A stretch of 62,398 nt of DNA, the filler included, from Choristocarpus tenellus KU-1152 (Eukaryota; Protista; Phaeophyceae), in NCBI GenBank assembly GCA_964200185.2. It is 12 parts of 12 records of this genome, joined end to end, with 100 filler letters (N's around TTAATTAATTAA, not from the genome) between each part and the next. Parts side by side here need not be neighbours in the genome. Positions count along the whole stretch, not along the records: positions 27,709 to 31,755 come from CAXNAD020016497.1; positions 31,856 to 39,002 come from CAXNAD020006618.1; positions 39,103 to 42,038 come from CAXNAD020023529.1; 9 more parts are not named here. One strand, written 5' to 3'. This document shows positions 27,770 through 39,908 of the stretch, piece by piece (position 1 is the first letter of the stretch; every line of letters begins with the position of its first letter). The notes below the pieces were generated by a model. It ran no database searches, was not told where the DNA came from, and was given only the letters and a program-made list of their open reading frames with translations. The translations under genes were made by a program, and so were the position numbers.

Positions 27770-29220
27770 ACCTTGCAGAAATCATTAGCCAAGACTGGTT
27801 AACCCGGGGGGGAACATCCCCCGCACCTGCCCCGGAGGTCCATATCCTGGCAGCTCATGATGCTAGGATCACAAGGAGGGCTCAACATGAGACCACACGC
27901 CTCCTGAACAGGATTCGTTTCGGCTCCTTTCCGACGCAACTGACCGGCCTACCTAGTGATATACAACAGGGGAACGAGAGCTGACCCAAAGTACCTTAGA
28001 GGGTAGAGCCGTATTCATTTGGGGGTCAAAATCTAATATTGCGATTTTGATGTAATTTTGGCTATCGTGTTTGTTAGAAGTGTCTATATCTATGTTTCGG
28101 ACACACCTTTCATAACGCATACATTTTACCTACTTCTAAACATTTTGGAGTAGGAAAATGTGTCATAAAAACCCCCGTGGGATCCGAGCCCGAAATGGAC
28201 AAACAGGGCGAAAATCGTACCCTCTAAGATACTTTCACCCATCTCCTCATTAGCCCTAGCACGCCACCAGAGCCAATGTGGATAAGGGACAAGCGCATGG
28301 ACCTCAACGGAACCCATAGAGCCAGCATGTCAGATCCCCCCTATAGGATTCAAGCTCACAGCCAGCACATCCCTAGGGAGGGAGGAGACCCTGTCAAACA
28401 GGTGCCCAGTGGCGGTGCAGGAGGAAAAATGTCGACACCAGACATGCCCGTACCTGCCCCAGGGCAGGAGGTCAGTTGCGGCAGCACACATCTATGGTGA
28501 AACGCCTAAGCCAACTATGCAAGGGGATGGGGATCCCTTGCACTATGGAGGACGACAGCCCCTTCATGGTAGACAGAAATATCTGCATGGATCTAGTCTT
28601 CCATGCAGGGGCACTTGTGGACGCTGGAACAGCCCCCTACCGGGACAAAGGCCTCCTCCTTGATGTTACATTTGCAGAAGAGCAGGCGACCTCCCATCTT
28701 CCACATTCATCAACCAGCAATGGTGTAGCTGCTACTGCAGCTAAGGCGCGAAAGCTCACCCACTACGAGGGCTCTTTTGGTCCTCGTAGTTATAACCTCA
28801 ACACCTTCGCGGTGGAAAGTTTTGGGCGCCTTGGTTAGTAAGCGGAATGTTTCCTGGATGAGCTAGCGACACACATCGTGGGGGGGAGAGGAACTGGAGG
28901 CTATGACAGGAAAGGGGCGATCAAATCCCTCCTATTTCAAATAGTCTCGGTGACAACGCAAGTGGCACTGTCTAGACGTGTCATGTGTTTTATGCTGGAA
29001 TTTCGAGGGAGATGTTCAAGGAGGGGTTTGTCGGATTCTTGGGATGCCTCCCTAGCTTCTCACCCTGGGGAGCAGGAATAGGTAGATTGGAGGCACAGGA
29101 AGGCAGTGGTACAACAAAGATAGTAGTGAAATAGCAAATAGTTTAGTTTTTCTCACATTTGTGACATATTCTACTTTTTTAGGGTATATACTGACGTATG
29201 AATATGTGAATAGTTTTCAT
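27770..29220 (+). mobile_element. Degenerate RLE-type (CRE/NeSL/R2-like) non-LTR retrotransposon 3' portion, interrupted by a MITE
   Basis: HARTC..RQH knuckle/RH motif; MDLV..LLLDVT..KARKLTHY..TFAVESFGRLG restriction-like endonuclease motifs; stop at 28836-28838 followed by further homology. Confidence 0.8.
27983..28240 (+). mobile_element. MITE family A inserted in the RLE retroelement
   Basis: GACCCAAAGTACCTTAGAGGGTA...TACCCTCTAAGATACTTTCACCC; flanks AGCT/ATCT. Confidence 0.85.
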
Positions 29221-29913
29221 TGCTTTTTTCCCCGGCACATCTACAATATCAGAGGGTATAATAAATAAACGTAAATATAGTTACAGATATCTACTTCTCA
29301 GTATATAATGATACGTAGGTACTAGCGGTCATATCTCTGTGAAGTAAAGCAAAACAATTCATCGTAAATCTTAGGAAGGTGAGATTTTTTGCTTTTTTCT
29401 ACACTAAATGAAGGACAGTGATGGAGATCACCCTGGGTGCAGGAATAGCTAGGTTGGAGGCACAGGAAGGCAGTGATACAGCATAGCTGGTAGTAAAATA
29501 ATCCGAGTAGTAAACAGCTTAATGTTTTTCACATTTATGACATGTTACTTTTAGGGGATTTTTCAGGCATGTGAATAGTTTTCGTTGGTTCTTCCCCTGA
29601 CTTACCTGGAAAATATCGCAGGGGGAATAATAATATATATATTGGAAATAGTATGTTTTAGGTTGAACTACTATACCATTATATACTACATTATACTATT
29701 TTTCCCTCTTACATATTGTAGATGTGTCACGGGAAAAACCAATGAAAAGCCAAAAAAAAATTATTGTATATTGTATATTTTTATTTTTTTGCCCTCTGAC
29801 ATTTTCCAGATGCCAACCGTCTTTTTTCCTTCGCAGTATCCCTGTAGACCACCACCTCTCCCGCGCTATTATCATATTATTATGTCCTTTGACATTTTGC
29901 AGATGTGTCGGGG

Positions 29914-30485
29914 AAAGCCATTGTGTGGAGGGTTGTCTGTTACCATACTGGTATTGACATATGACATGTACCGTCATGCTGATTGAGGTATTTGTCCGAA
30001 AGCGTAAGCACCCTCCCATTTGCTACACTCATTCACCAGCAATGGTGTAGTGACTGCTGCTGCTGAGGCACGAAAGTGCACCCACGACAAGGGTTCTTTT
30101 GGTTCTCGTACTTTTATCCTCAACAACTTAATGGTGGACAGTTTGGGGTGCCTCGGTAAGCAAGAAGAAAGTTTTCATGGTGAGTTGACACACCGTAGGG
30201 GGGGAGGGGGGGGAGGTTACAGCAGCGCTGGGGAAAGAAAAAAGAATTTTTTGGGGGGGGATGCCGGCAGGGGGGGGGGGGGGGGGGGGGGAGGTTACAG
30301 CAGGGAAGGGGCTGCCAAATCCCGTTTTCAACAGTGTCAGTCACTATACAAGTGACTCTCTCAAGACAAGCCATGCGTTTCATGCTGTAGACACTAGACA
30401 GATGGGCAAGGAGGGGTCAGATTCTTGGGATGCTTCCCTGGGTCCTCGCCCAGTAGTGTAGGTATAAGCTAGGTTGGAAGCATGA
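29914..30485 (+). mobile_element. Second, more decayed RLE retroelement 3' fragment
   Basis: HSFTSNGVVTAAAEARKCTHDKGSFGSRTFILNNLMVDSLGCLG and SDSWDASL parallel the first copy. Confidence 0.75.
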
Positions 30486-30539
30486 CAGCAATATACAATT
30501 ACTATTGCATTTTCCAAGCTTAAGGGAGTGTTTGTGGCA

Positions 30540-31150
30540 TAGCTAGTATTAAAATAGTGATAGGTTTTAAAGAGGTATCTTTCATATTATGACTCTTCCC
30601 ACTTAGATCAACAAGAAAAACCCGACCCAGCATTCTCATCGCCCTTGTAGATGTGCTGGACCGGACGCCCTTCCGTATGCCCTTGCTCGTAGAGCAGCCC
30701 GCACATGACTCCAGCTCACCCATCAATGTAATGCCCATTGAAGTGACAGTGGGCATAAATAATGTCTCGTGTACGTGGTCATAAGAGCGATGGAAGAGGT
30801 CGATGTCGACATTGGTGTGGGGAGCACGAGGTTCAAGCGAGGAGTTAGGGTTATGGTGGCTTTCAAAGAAACTTTAGCATTTCAACCCGGTCGCAGCAAT
30901 ATGCGTTGCCCATGGAGGGTATAACGACAACCGGGATCTCTTGTGAAGATAAGTTTGCCATCAAGTAACGAAAATGTACTATCTGTGCAAATGTATTTCG
31001 CACCCGTATCTGCTCTGACTTGGCAAGAAAAGAGATTAAATCCAAGATTTGGGACATGTGCGACATTATGGAGGGTATCGTTACTTCTTTGTTATCACAC
31101 GAGGGAAACAAGATGGTTAGATCACTGTGACCAGCGATACGAAAGGAATT
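30540..31150 (-). mobile_element. Copia pol fragment (GAG-pre-integrase to start of integrase)
   Basis: DLFHRSYDH..ELESCAGCSTSKG..LGRVFLVDLSGK, homologous to 7782-8549. Confidence 0.7.
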
Positions 31151-31165
31151 CCTACAGGCAGTGAT

Positions 31166-31713
31166 TGTTAAAACATAGGCTACTCATCTGTTTTGTACTT
31201 GATACAATAGAGTCCGCCAGTCAACACTGACTGTTGATTGGTCTGTTACGCACTGGTCATCACTGTCACTACTTCATCACCACCACATCAATTACTGTCA
31301 GAACACCGCACTACAGAACAGTCGCTCTGCATTCTACACGCAGAAATAGTATGCGTCACTTGAGTTGCATCACATATTGATTCAAGTTTGTTCTCTTGTT
31401 TTCTTGTTCTCTTGTTTGCCCTTTTGTTTTCTCTCTCTTTCTCCTATCATCAGCAGAAGATGACAGTTGTACGTAAATTTTTGATTATTATTTCTTTTTT
31501 GGTTGTCATTGATCCCTCAAAATATACACCAAGTTCACTCTGCAATAAGTGTACCTGATGCACACCTGGATGTAATATATTCAGAGTCAAAACCATCCAC
31601 AGAAACCCTTGCGAGCCAAGTTAACAAGACTCTCCACAGAGCATGGACTTCTTTCGTTGAGTATCTCATGAAAGAGCACTGAATTCACATCACATCATTC
31701 TGGACTGAGCAAC
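31166..31713 (-). repeat. Dispersed LTR-like repeat
   Basis: Starts TGTTAAAACATAGGCTACTC; reverse complement of 22130-22680. Confidence 0.55.
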
Positions 31714-31755
31714 GAGCCAAAGTATCTTAGAGGGTAGAGCCGCGTCCATTTGGGG
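31714..31755 (+). mobile_element. MITE family A left end (cut by spacer)
   Basis: GAGCCAAAGTATCTTAGAGGGTAGAGCCGCGTCCATTTGGGG. Confidence 0.85.
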
Positions 31756-31875
31756 NNNNNNNNNNNNNNNNNNNNNNNNNNNNNNNNNNNNNNNNNNNNT
31801 TAATTAATTAANNNNNNNNNNNNNNNNNNNNNNNNNNNNNNNNNNNNNNNNNNNNGGCGGGGGGGAGGGGGGGGG

Positions 31876-31928
<53 letters not shown>

Positions 31929-32954
31929 ACTATAGAATAGATGCCACTGGGGGCAGGAGCAGGGAGTGACTCAAGTCAAATAAGAAATAAAATAAAAAAT
32001 CCATCCACAAACTCACAATACATAATAGTAGGGCCGGAAGGGGGAGGTCAAGAAGAACACCCGAAGTCAAACTGAAGATGTCTGTTAATCCATGCATACA
32101 TATACCTGAACAAGCATACTGTACCACATTCCAGTACCGGAGCCTATGTCATGTTGTATCAACAGAGAGCCTTAGGTTGATTCCACACTCCCGGGTTGTT
32201 TCTGGGTCAAAACAAAGGTGGACGATCAATCACGCTTCTCTTCTACTGAGCACAAAATGTCATCTCTTGGAATAACCACCGTTCCCACCCTTACAAAATA
32301 AAACACTATTAATTTCAAACGCTGATAAATTGTTGTTGGGATTAACAGTTGATCATTCTGGTACACTCCCATCCCTTGAATCACGCCTTTGATTCAATTC
32401 ACCGGAATGCATACTTCCATTCAATTTCAATTGGTTTGGACGTTCAAAGTTGGAAGCTCAACAGACGTCAGTAAAATAAAAGGGAAAAAAATGTTTCTAG
32501 TAGAATCATTATTACGTCAAAAAAAAGTTTCTAGTAGAATCATTGTTACCTCGCGTCTCACTAGAACCATTGTAGTAATTCAAAATGAAAAGCAATACTC
32601 GGTAGAAATCTAGACCTTGCAACAGAGGTCTTCTGGCCCTATCCCCATCCCTAACCCTAACCCTAACCCTAACGATCTATGTTTGTAAGAACACATTCAT
32701 TATGCCCCTCGATGAGTGCGTTCTGTACTTCAAAGCAGTAAAAAAAATAACAATAATATTCCATTCTTAATCGCGTGTGATTCTACATCACCAGGAGAGC
32801 AGGTCTCAAGGACACCTCCGGTGGCACATCTCAGATCTAAGAGTTCCACTGAGGGCCTTCCCCAGTTTCCAAGTCCGAGAACTCCTCCAGTGGCATATCT
32901 CCCCTTGACAGTCTTTCTGACAGTCCTCATCTTCATTCAATTTGCCGATACTAT

Positions 32955-33030
32955 TCACTGATACTAATCACTGATAATAATCACTGATAATAATCACTGA
33001 TACTAATCACTGATAATGATCACTGATACT
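32955..33030. repeat. ~13-bp minisatellite
   Basis: CACTGATA(A/C)TAAT units. Confidence 0.85.
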
Positions 33031-33882
33031 ATTCATCCAAAAACTCTTGGTCTCACTTCTTGTCAGAATCTGCATACAACCATGGATTCCTCCTGCTTTC
33101 AATTCTTAAATTCAAAATTCCCGCGTGCGTACTTTTGTCCTCCGCCTCAGATCCTCTCAAGCGACGATGGTCTCTTTGAGACCCTACAGACCGACTTAGA
33201 TTTCTTTGAGGTCATCACCAGTGCCTCTCATTGATTGGGTCCCACATCACAAACTTTTCCTACCCAGGCGCCACACCCTCGAGCTGGATCTGTTCTGCTT
33301 CCTTTTTGTTCAGTTTCATCCACCCTAACCTTAATTTCATGCAATTACGCACACCTCTGCCATCTCAATGGCACATTTCCTCGACCCTTCACCTCACCTC
33401 TCCTCGCCTCACTCTCTCCTTCACTCCTAACACTCCTCCCATTCCCCTTCACATAACCGCTGTCACAATCAACACAATCAACACAACCTGGCAACTTCAC
33501 CTGAAGTCCCCACCCACTCTCAGAGATCCCACCAATCAAATCACACGGCGACGACAGCGTCACGACTTTGGCTCTTGGGCGCACCAGCTCTTCCAGGGAG
33601 GAGGAAGAATCGGGTCAAATCATACCAAGAAAAAGACTCTGAGATCACCCTGTGCACCTGTCACTCCTCCTGAGCCTCCAGGGGATCAGATCAATTCCTT
33701 GAACTGAGGAGCACACTTGAGTTGGGAGCTGACAAACAAATTGCAAATATTCCGCTAATGCAGAGACTCTATTCAGGGTTAGGGCTTTCAGCCCAACCCC
33801 CGAGCAAGGAGTCCCACCTGAGTCAGAGTCCGCCAGCAGGAAAAAGAAAAAATATATCATGAGCACCACAAGCAAGCAGGCA

Positions 33883-33913
<31 letters not shown>

Positions 33914-34365
33914 GCATCCTCCACACAGTCCTCTCCAGTGATGTCAATTTTCCATCCTCAATACAGTTCAGTGTATCATCAGTCGGGCTGATTTTCCATC
34001 CTGATATTGTAGCAAAAAGATGTTTGCCTTGGCCACCTACATGGTCAATAACTACCAGGATGGTGACTTGGACGTCCCACCCACCTAGCCGTGGTCCAGG
34101 TCATCAAAACACTTCAAGAGAGAGAGAGAGTTCAACAGTCATTGTTTCCAACTACTGTGGGCTGTGCTGGGTGCTAACAGGTCTACGTGGGGTCTTTTGC
34201 TGTCCCTGCTCCCCCCAACCCACCAACCCTTAGACTGCCTGATCCCCTTTTATCAACTCTTATCATCTTCGATATAGCAGCTTGCTTGACTTGAACAATA
34301 TTGCCATCAAGGGTAATGGACTCAAGACCGATGCCCTGTTTTCCCTCAACCACCAAGGGCTCCTC

Positions 34366-34560
34366 GTGTGCTGGGTGTATCATCCAGGAATGCCATCCCA
34401 GGTGAACATATTTCCCACCCTCTGCAAGATCTCTTGTGTTGTGTGTGTTATCTAGGAACGCCATCCAAGGTGGATATATTTCCCAACCTCTGCAAGATCT
34501 CTTGTGTGTGTCATCTAGGAACGCCATCCAAGGTGGATATATTTCCCAACCTCTGAAAGA
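34366..34560. repeat. 3 x ~60-65-bp tandem repeat
   Basis: TCTAGGAACGCCATCCAAGGTGGATATATTTCCCAACCTCTGCAAGATCTCTTGTGT units. Confidence 0.85.
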
Positions 34561-35680
34561 TCACAGTACAAAAAAATAAAATTTGACATGACGTGGGGGC
34601 AGCGACACTCTTGGCAAATAAGACTTCAATGCAGACTTCAATGCAATCATGGAGATTTCACTCATCTTAGAAATAAAATAAAAAAATGGAAGCAACATTA
34701 GATCATAGTTAGGAGTTTTAAGTTATAGCGTGTTATAAGCAAGAAAGAGAACAGTTATTTGGTTCTTAAGTTATACCAGCTTGCACATTCGCTGCCAAAC
34801 ACCAAGCCCTCAGCTGATTTACTATTTGCTACTAGCAAAGTAAGTAAATCCTAACTGAAATAGCTGTTTTTGGATGTAATACCATAACTACTGGACAAAA
34901 GATCTGAATTTACTGTCCTAACAGGCTGGATATCAGCATAAGCTGGGTCATTGTAACACTCATGCGCAGAGTGGGCAATCTTGCCTCTAGTCCCTAACCC
35001 TTGACATGTTCAACACCATTCCCCAGTGGATTAGAGCCAGTCTATATTTAAAAAGTAAAATGCGATTTTAATAACTTTCAAATTATGAACATAATATGAG
35101 TATCCCCCTCACAATAACATATTTCTAATCATTTTCAAATTTTAAATTGAATAATATAATACCACTTTACTTACAAATTGAAACAGTACAATGCAGTCAG
35201 GTAACACACTTTACTTCATTGATAATTCCTACCACGAGTTGAACCACACCATTACATCATATTACATCATATTACATCACAAAAAGAAGATACATCCATT
35301 TAAATCAATATCAAAAAAAAATAGACCATTCATTCATACCACTACTTTCTTAACCAACTACACACCTCCATCCCAAACTCACCTCCAACCCCCCAAATCT
35401 CGTTATAGCAACCCCCAGCACAAACCAATATCACCACCCCACTTCACCATAAAAACAAAACCCAGTACAACCAATATCGTGCACAAAACAAGCACATCCC
35501 TTCTACAAAGGAACTCCTTCCTACCAATACAAAAAAGAAAAATGCAGGCAACGCAATAGGCACATCCCCTCAAAGCCTTCCCGCCCTTCTCCCCCATCCC
35601 CACACTCGTTCTCAGCAATAGCTAACTCAATAGCTAACTCAATAGCTAACTCAATAACTAACCCTAACCCTAACCCTAAC

Positions 35681-35804
35681 CTTGATATTGATCTCGTTCC
35701 GCTGTCACAGAGCATCGTCACCACCGTGTGGCCGGGTCCTAATTGCCTGGCAGCAAGGACTGCTCCTACACAGTTCATCGCTGATGAGCAGCCCACAAAC
35801 AGCC
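35681..35804 (-). CDS. Internal exon of a cysteine synthase / PLP-dependent beta-family protein
   Basis: (G)[41 protein letters not shown] matches the C-terminal EGLF-x-G-x-SS...LGPGH-x-IVT-x-LCDSG motif; CAG acceptor, AG|GTTAGG donor; other exons not found. Confidence 0.85.
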
Positions 35805-35949
35805 CTGAACAGACATAAAACACACATACATACACGTCAAGATCATTTAAGACATCAAAAGAGTGTGAAAAACATATACAGACACACAGATACACACACA
35901 AACATACATAAGATTTATTTTTCTTGATAAAATGAGTGTATGCGCATAG

Positions 35950-36420
35950 ACACTATTGTTACAAATATATATTATTGTTACAAATATATATTATTGTTAC
36001 AAATATATACTATTGTTACAAACATACACTATTGTTACAAATATATACTATTGTTATACATATTATTATTATACATACTATTGTTACAAACATACACTAT
36101 TGTTACACATACTATTGTTACAAACATACACTATTGTTATACATATTATTGTTACAAATATATACTATTGTTACACATACTATTGTTACATATACTATTG
36201 TTATACATATTATTATTACACATATATACTATTGTTATACATACTATTATTACACATATATACTATTGTTATACATATTATTATTACACACATATACCAT
36301 TGTTATACATACTATTGTTATAAACATACACTATTGTTACACATACTATTGTTACAGACATATACTATTGTTACAGACATATACTATTGTTACAGACATA
36401 TACTATTGTTACAAATACAT
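35950..36420. repeat. AT-rich minisatellite (CTATTGTTAC/ATATA, ~16-20-bp units)
   Basis: Seen directly; source of the spurious 127-281 aa ORFs. Confidence 0.95.
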
Positions 36421-36933
36421 ACACGGAAGTGATCAATCGAGGACAAGTCAGTCACTAGTTCACATATACACTACATACACTATCAATCATACCCCCCAGT
36501 TCGTAACTGTTTCTTACCCTCAATCTTTTCCCTTCTTTTCAACAGTACCATTTTCATACCTGAATATGGTACCAAGGTTTAGGATTAGTGCAGAACGGGA
36601 ATGGGATCGTCTTAGGAAGGCGTTGGTTTATCGAGAACAAATTGTATATTTTATATTTTTCATCATTGCACTCATGAAAAAGGTACACCTCATTTCTCTC
36701 CTCCTCTCTTCCCCCGCCCTTGCCCTTGCCCTCCCAAAGCATGCCAAAATCCTAAACTACTGCTGTACTACTTCAAAATAATAAAAGGTCAGATATTCCA
36801 ACCATGCCCCAAAGATGCCTGCTTTGGAAATTATATTTCCCTCCTCCCCCCCCCCTTCCCGGCCCCTCACCTCCAGTAATGATAAACAAAAAAAAATGTA
36901 CATCATGAAAAAAAAGAAACTATCCTTCCGTAG

Positions 36934-37170
36934 GGATATACACTATAGCATAGATATACACTATAGCATAGATATACACTATAGCATAGATATACACTAT
37001 AGCATAGATATCACCTAAGGCATAGATATACACTATAGCATAGATATCACCTAAGGCATAGATATACACTATAACCATAGATATACACTATAACCATAGA
37101 TATACACTATAACCATAGATATACACTATAGCATAGATATACACTATAACCATAGATATCACCTAAGGCA
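36934..37170. repeat. 18-19-bp minisatellite with three unit variants
   Basis: ATAGATATACACTATAGC / ATAGATATCACCTAAGGC / ATAGATATACACTATAACC. Confidence 0.95.
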
Positions 37171-38083
37171 CCGCCAGGTCACCACTGATGTTAACTATTC
37201 ACTCCCTGCTCAGAAGCACTCGCCTCCCTTGCCCCCCTGCATCCCTTACATGATATTCTGGTGGGGTACCACCAGAATATCAGTTACAAACAACATCGAT
37301 AACTATCGACACAATCACCACAAATTCAAAATTTAAAATTCAAAATTCAAAAAATAAAAAAAGGTTTTCTGCATGATAATATAGTGATCCTTAGAAGCGT
37401 ACAACACAGTAACCCTGTACAATTCACTGTATCATTCACTGTGTCATTCTCTGCATCATTCACTGTATCGTTCACTGTACTATTCATTCCACTTCTGCTG
37501 TTACTGTTTACAACTCCAGGCAGTTGTCCAATACTATTCCATGATATTTTTCTCCTCGATACAATTTTTTTTTTTAACTTACAGATGCCAGGCACCAAAA
37601 AAAAATAAAATAAAATAAAAAATAATAATAAAAAAATAATAATAATAATAATAATGTAGACTATTTTTTTTACATCATGTACTTTCTACACACAATACAT
37701 ATATATATATATTTATTTTTTAATTCATTTCTAGGGTTAGAGGGAGAGACCCGCCCCAGGCTTGCATAGCATCAAACACATGAAAAAGTAAAATAAAAAA
37801 ACAGAACAAAAATCGTTTCGAGATCGATGTAACCCCAACATCAGACCGCACATACAGGTCATCGAAATTCTGCTAATGTCACTCTCTAACCCTAACCCTA
37901 ACCCAACGACTATCTAACTTACTCGAACTTTACCTTTTCTATTTTATGACACACAGTATCTAATTCCACATAGATTGCTCTCTTTTTTTTTCTCCCCGAT
38001 TATCCTCCTCACATTCCCCTTCTAATCCTAACCCTAACCCTAAAAATATCAGTTTCGCTCCCGTTCTAAGATTTTTCTTTTTA

Positions 38084-38137
<54 letters not shown>

Positions 38138-38307
38138 CTTTAGAAACAAATCACCGAATAGACCTTGGCTCAATTTTAAAAAAAACTATATACAAATAAA
38201 ATTCCTTTGACTAGTGTGTGTGCACATACTCACCTCGTGACATCACTTTTTTTCTTCTTCTACATCGAAAGTATGTACAATGATCACTTTCGAGGGGCGG
38301 GACATCA

Positions 38308-38383
38308 CTTCAATAAAGATTCAAAACTTCAATAAAGATTCAAAACTTCAATAAAGATTCAAAACCTCAATAAAGATTCAAAA
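38308..38383. repeat. 4 x 19-bp tandem repeat
   Basis: CTTCAATAAAGATTCAAAA. Confidence 0.9.
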
Positions 38384-38747
38384 TTGCTACGAACCGAAAC
38401 ATGGGAGGTTCGACTGAGAAAAGTGGCATCACTAAACATGTTATACTTGTTAACCCCGCACTAAACATGCACTGGAGCTCTTCATAGAAACGTACACATG
38501 ATATTGCCACATGCCATATATATATACATATATACATACACATTTTACAATAAATAAAATAATACTCACACCAGCCTGACGAAAAATCAGATCACTATTT
38601 AAAGACCAATCACAACAGTATATACATACATGAATATATTACAAATCTCCATCCCATCATGGGTGCCTCAAAATAACTTCTGAATTTGAATATATACTTC
38701 TTACCCTCGCCACAGCATTTTTTATTAATCCGACAGACCAGGGTTGT

Positions 38748-38942
38748 GCCTAACCCTAACCCTAACCCTAACCCTAACCCTAACCCTAACCCTAACCCTA
38801 ACCCTAACCCTAACCCTAACACTAGCACTAACCCTAACCCCAACCTCAACCCTAACCCTAACCCTAACCCTAACACTAGCACTAGCACTAACCCCAACCT
38901 CAACCCTAACCCTAACCTTAACCCTAACCCCGATCCTAGCCC
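38748..38942. repeat. Interstitial telomere-type (CCCTAA)n array with degenerate units
   Basis: Perfect CCCTAA run followed by CACTAG/CCTCAA variants; non-repeat DNA on both sides. Confidence 0.9.
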
Positions 38943-39908
38943 TGGAAAGCATCTCCCTTAGTTCATGTGATTCACCAAAAAAAAAAATGTGGAGAGGGCA
39001 ACNNNNNNNNNNNNNNNNNNNNNNNNNNNNNNNNNNNNNNNNNNNNTTAATTAATTAANNNNNNNNNNNNNNNNNNNNNNNNNNNNNNNNNNNNNNNNNN
39101 NNAATGGGAGGGGAAGGGGGTGGTAGCGGGGGGGGGGGGGGGAAGTACGCACCCTCCTGTCTGTGAACCTCCAAGGCAATCAATCAGAGAGACTCTTGTT
39201 CAAGAATAAGTCCAACCTACACCTCGAAAAACTCCAAGATAAAAGAACTTCAGCAGTACTTTCAAAGTTCCAAAAAGAGAATGCCCTACAACAAACAGTA
39301 CCTCCAAGGTCCAGCCCTGAGGAGACACGCGCAAATGTGGCATCTGTGCCATGGAAGTACAAAGTAAGTACAAAGTAAGTCCACCACCACCACCACCACC
39401 ACCATGCAATCTCCAAAACACAATTGAGACCAAGTTTCGATCGGTTCTCCAAATATTCAGCAAAGAAGACACCGCCTTTGCAAGGTTCAAAATGTTTGTA
39501 CAGACGTAGACCTAGTAGTGGTACTTTTCCAGTTCTCGTCTCGAGAAATCATTCCCAACTAAAAACCACACATTTTGTGTACCAACAGAAGGATCAAACA
39601 GCTGCCCGTGCCTCAGAGAGGCAGAGAAACACAGCACCTCCCCCTTACGGCGAACAAGGTAGACCAACCTTGTGGTTCTACACCAACCTTGTGGTTCCGT
39701 ACTTCTAGAACTTCACTACTCCCTCCTCAACAACTTATTTATAGGACTGCAAAGTCAGTCTCCTTGAACCTAAAAGCAATACGTTACCAGCACGCTCACA
39801 GAAACAGACTGCAAAACAGGGAGGGGGGGGNNNNNNNNNNAGGTACAGCATAGGACCACAACATTGGGCACTGCATTCTCTAGGATCGGTCCAAGGGATA
39901 GGTCTCAC

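Noticed and set aside
31856-31927. ~70-bp poly-G as a functional G-quadruplex
   Set aside because: It sits at a contig edge; many contigs here end in G/C runs, consistent with sequencing or assembly breakage
33730-33820. Candidate final exon of the cysteine synthase gene
   Set aside because: The phase-compatible frame gives WDSLLGGWAESPNPE*, which has no convincing family similarity
35936-36781. Long Tyr/Ile/Leu-rich ORFs (281, 158, 127 aa)
   Set aside because: Translations of an AT-rich minisatellite that is open in all three forward frames
36934-37170. CRISPR-like look of repeats with variant units (also 34366-34560 and 12541-12626)
   Set aside because: Head-to-tail units without unique spacers, no cas genes, eukaryotic context
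38610-39058. PN/LT/LG/VR-repeat ORFs and a true chromosome end
   Set aside because: The ORFs are translations of (CCCTAA)n; the array is short, degenerate and internal
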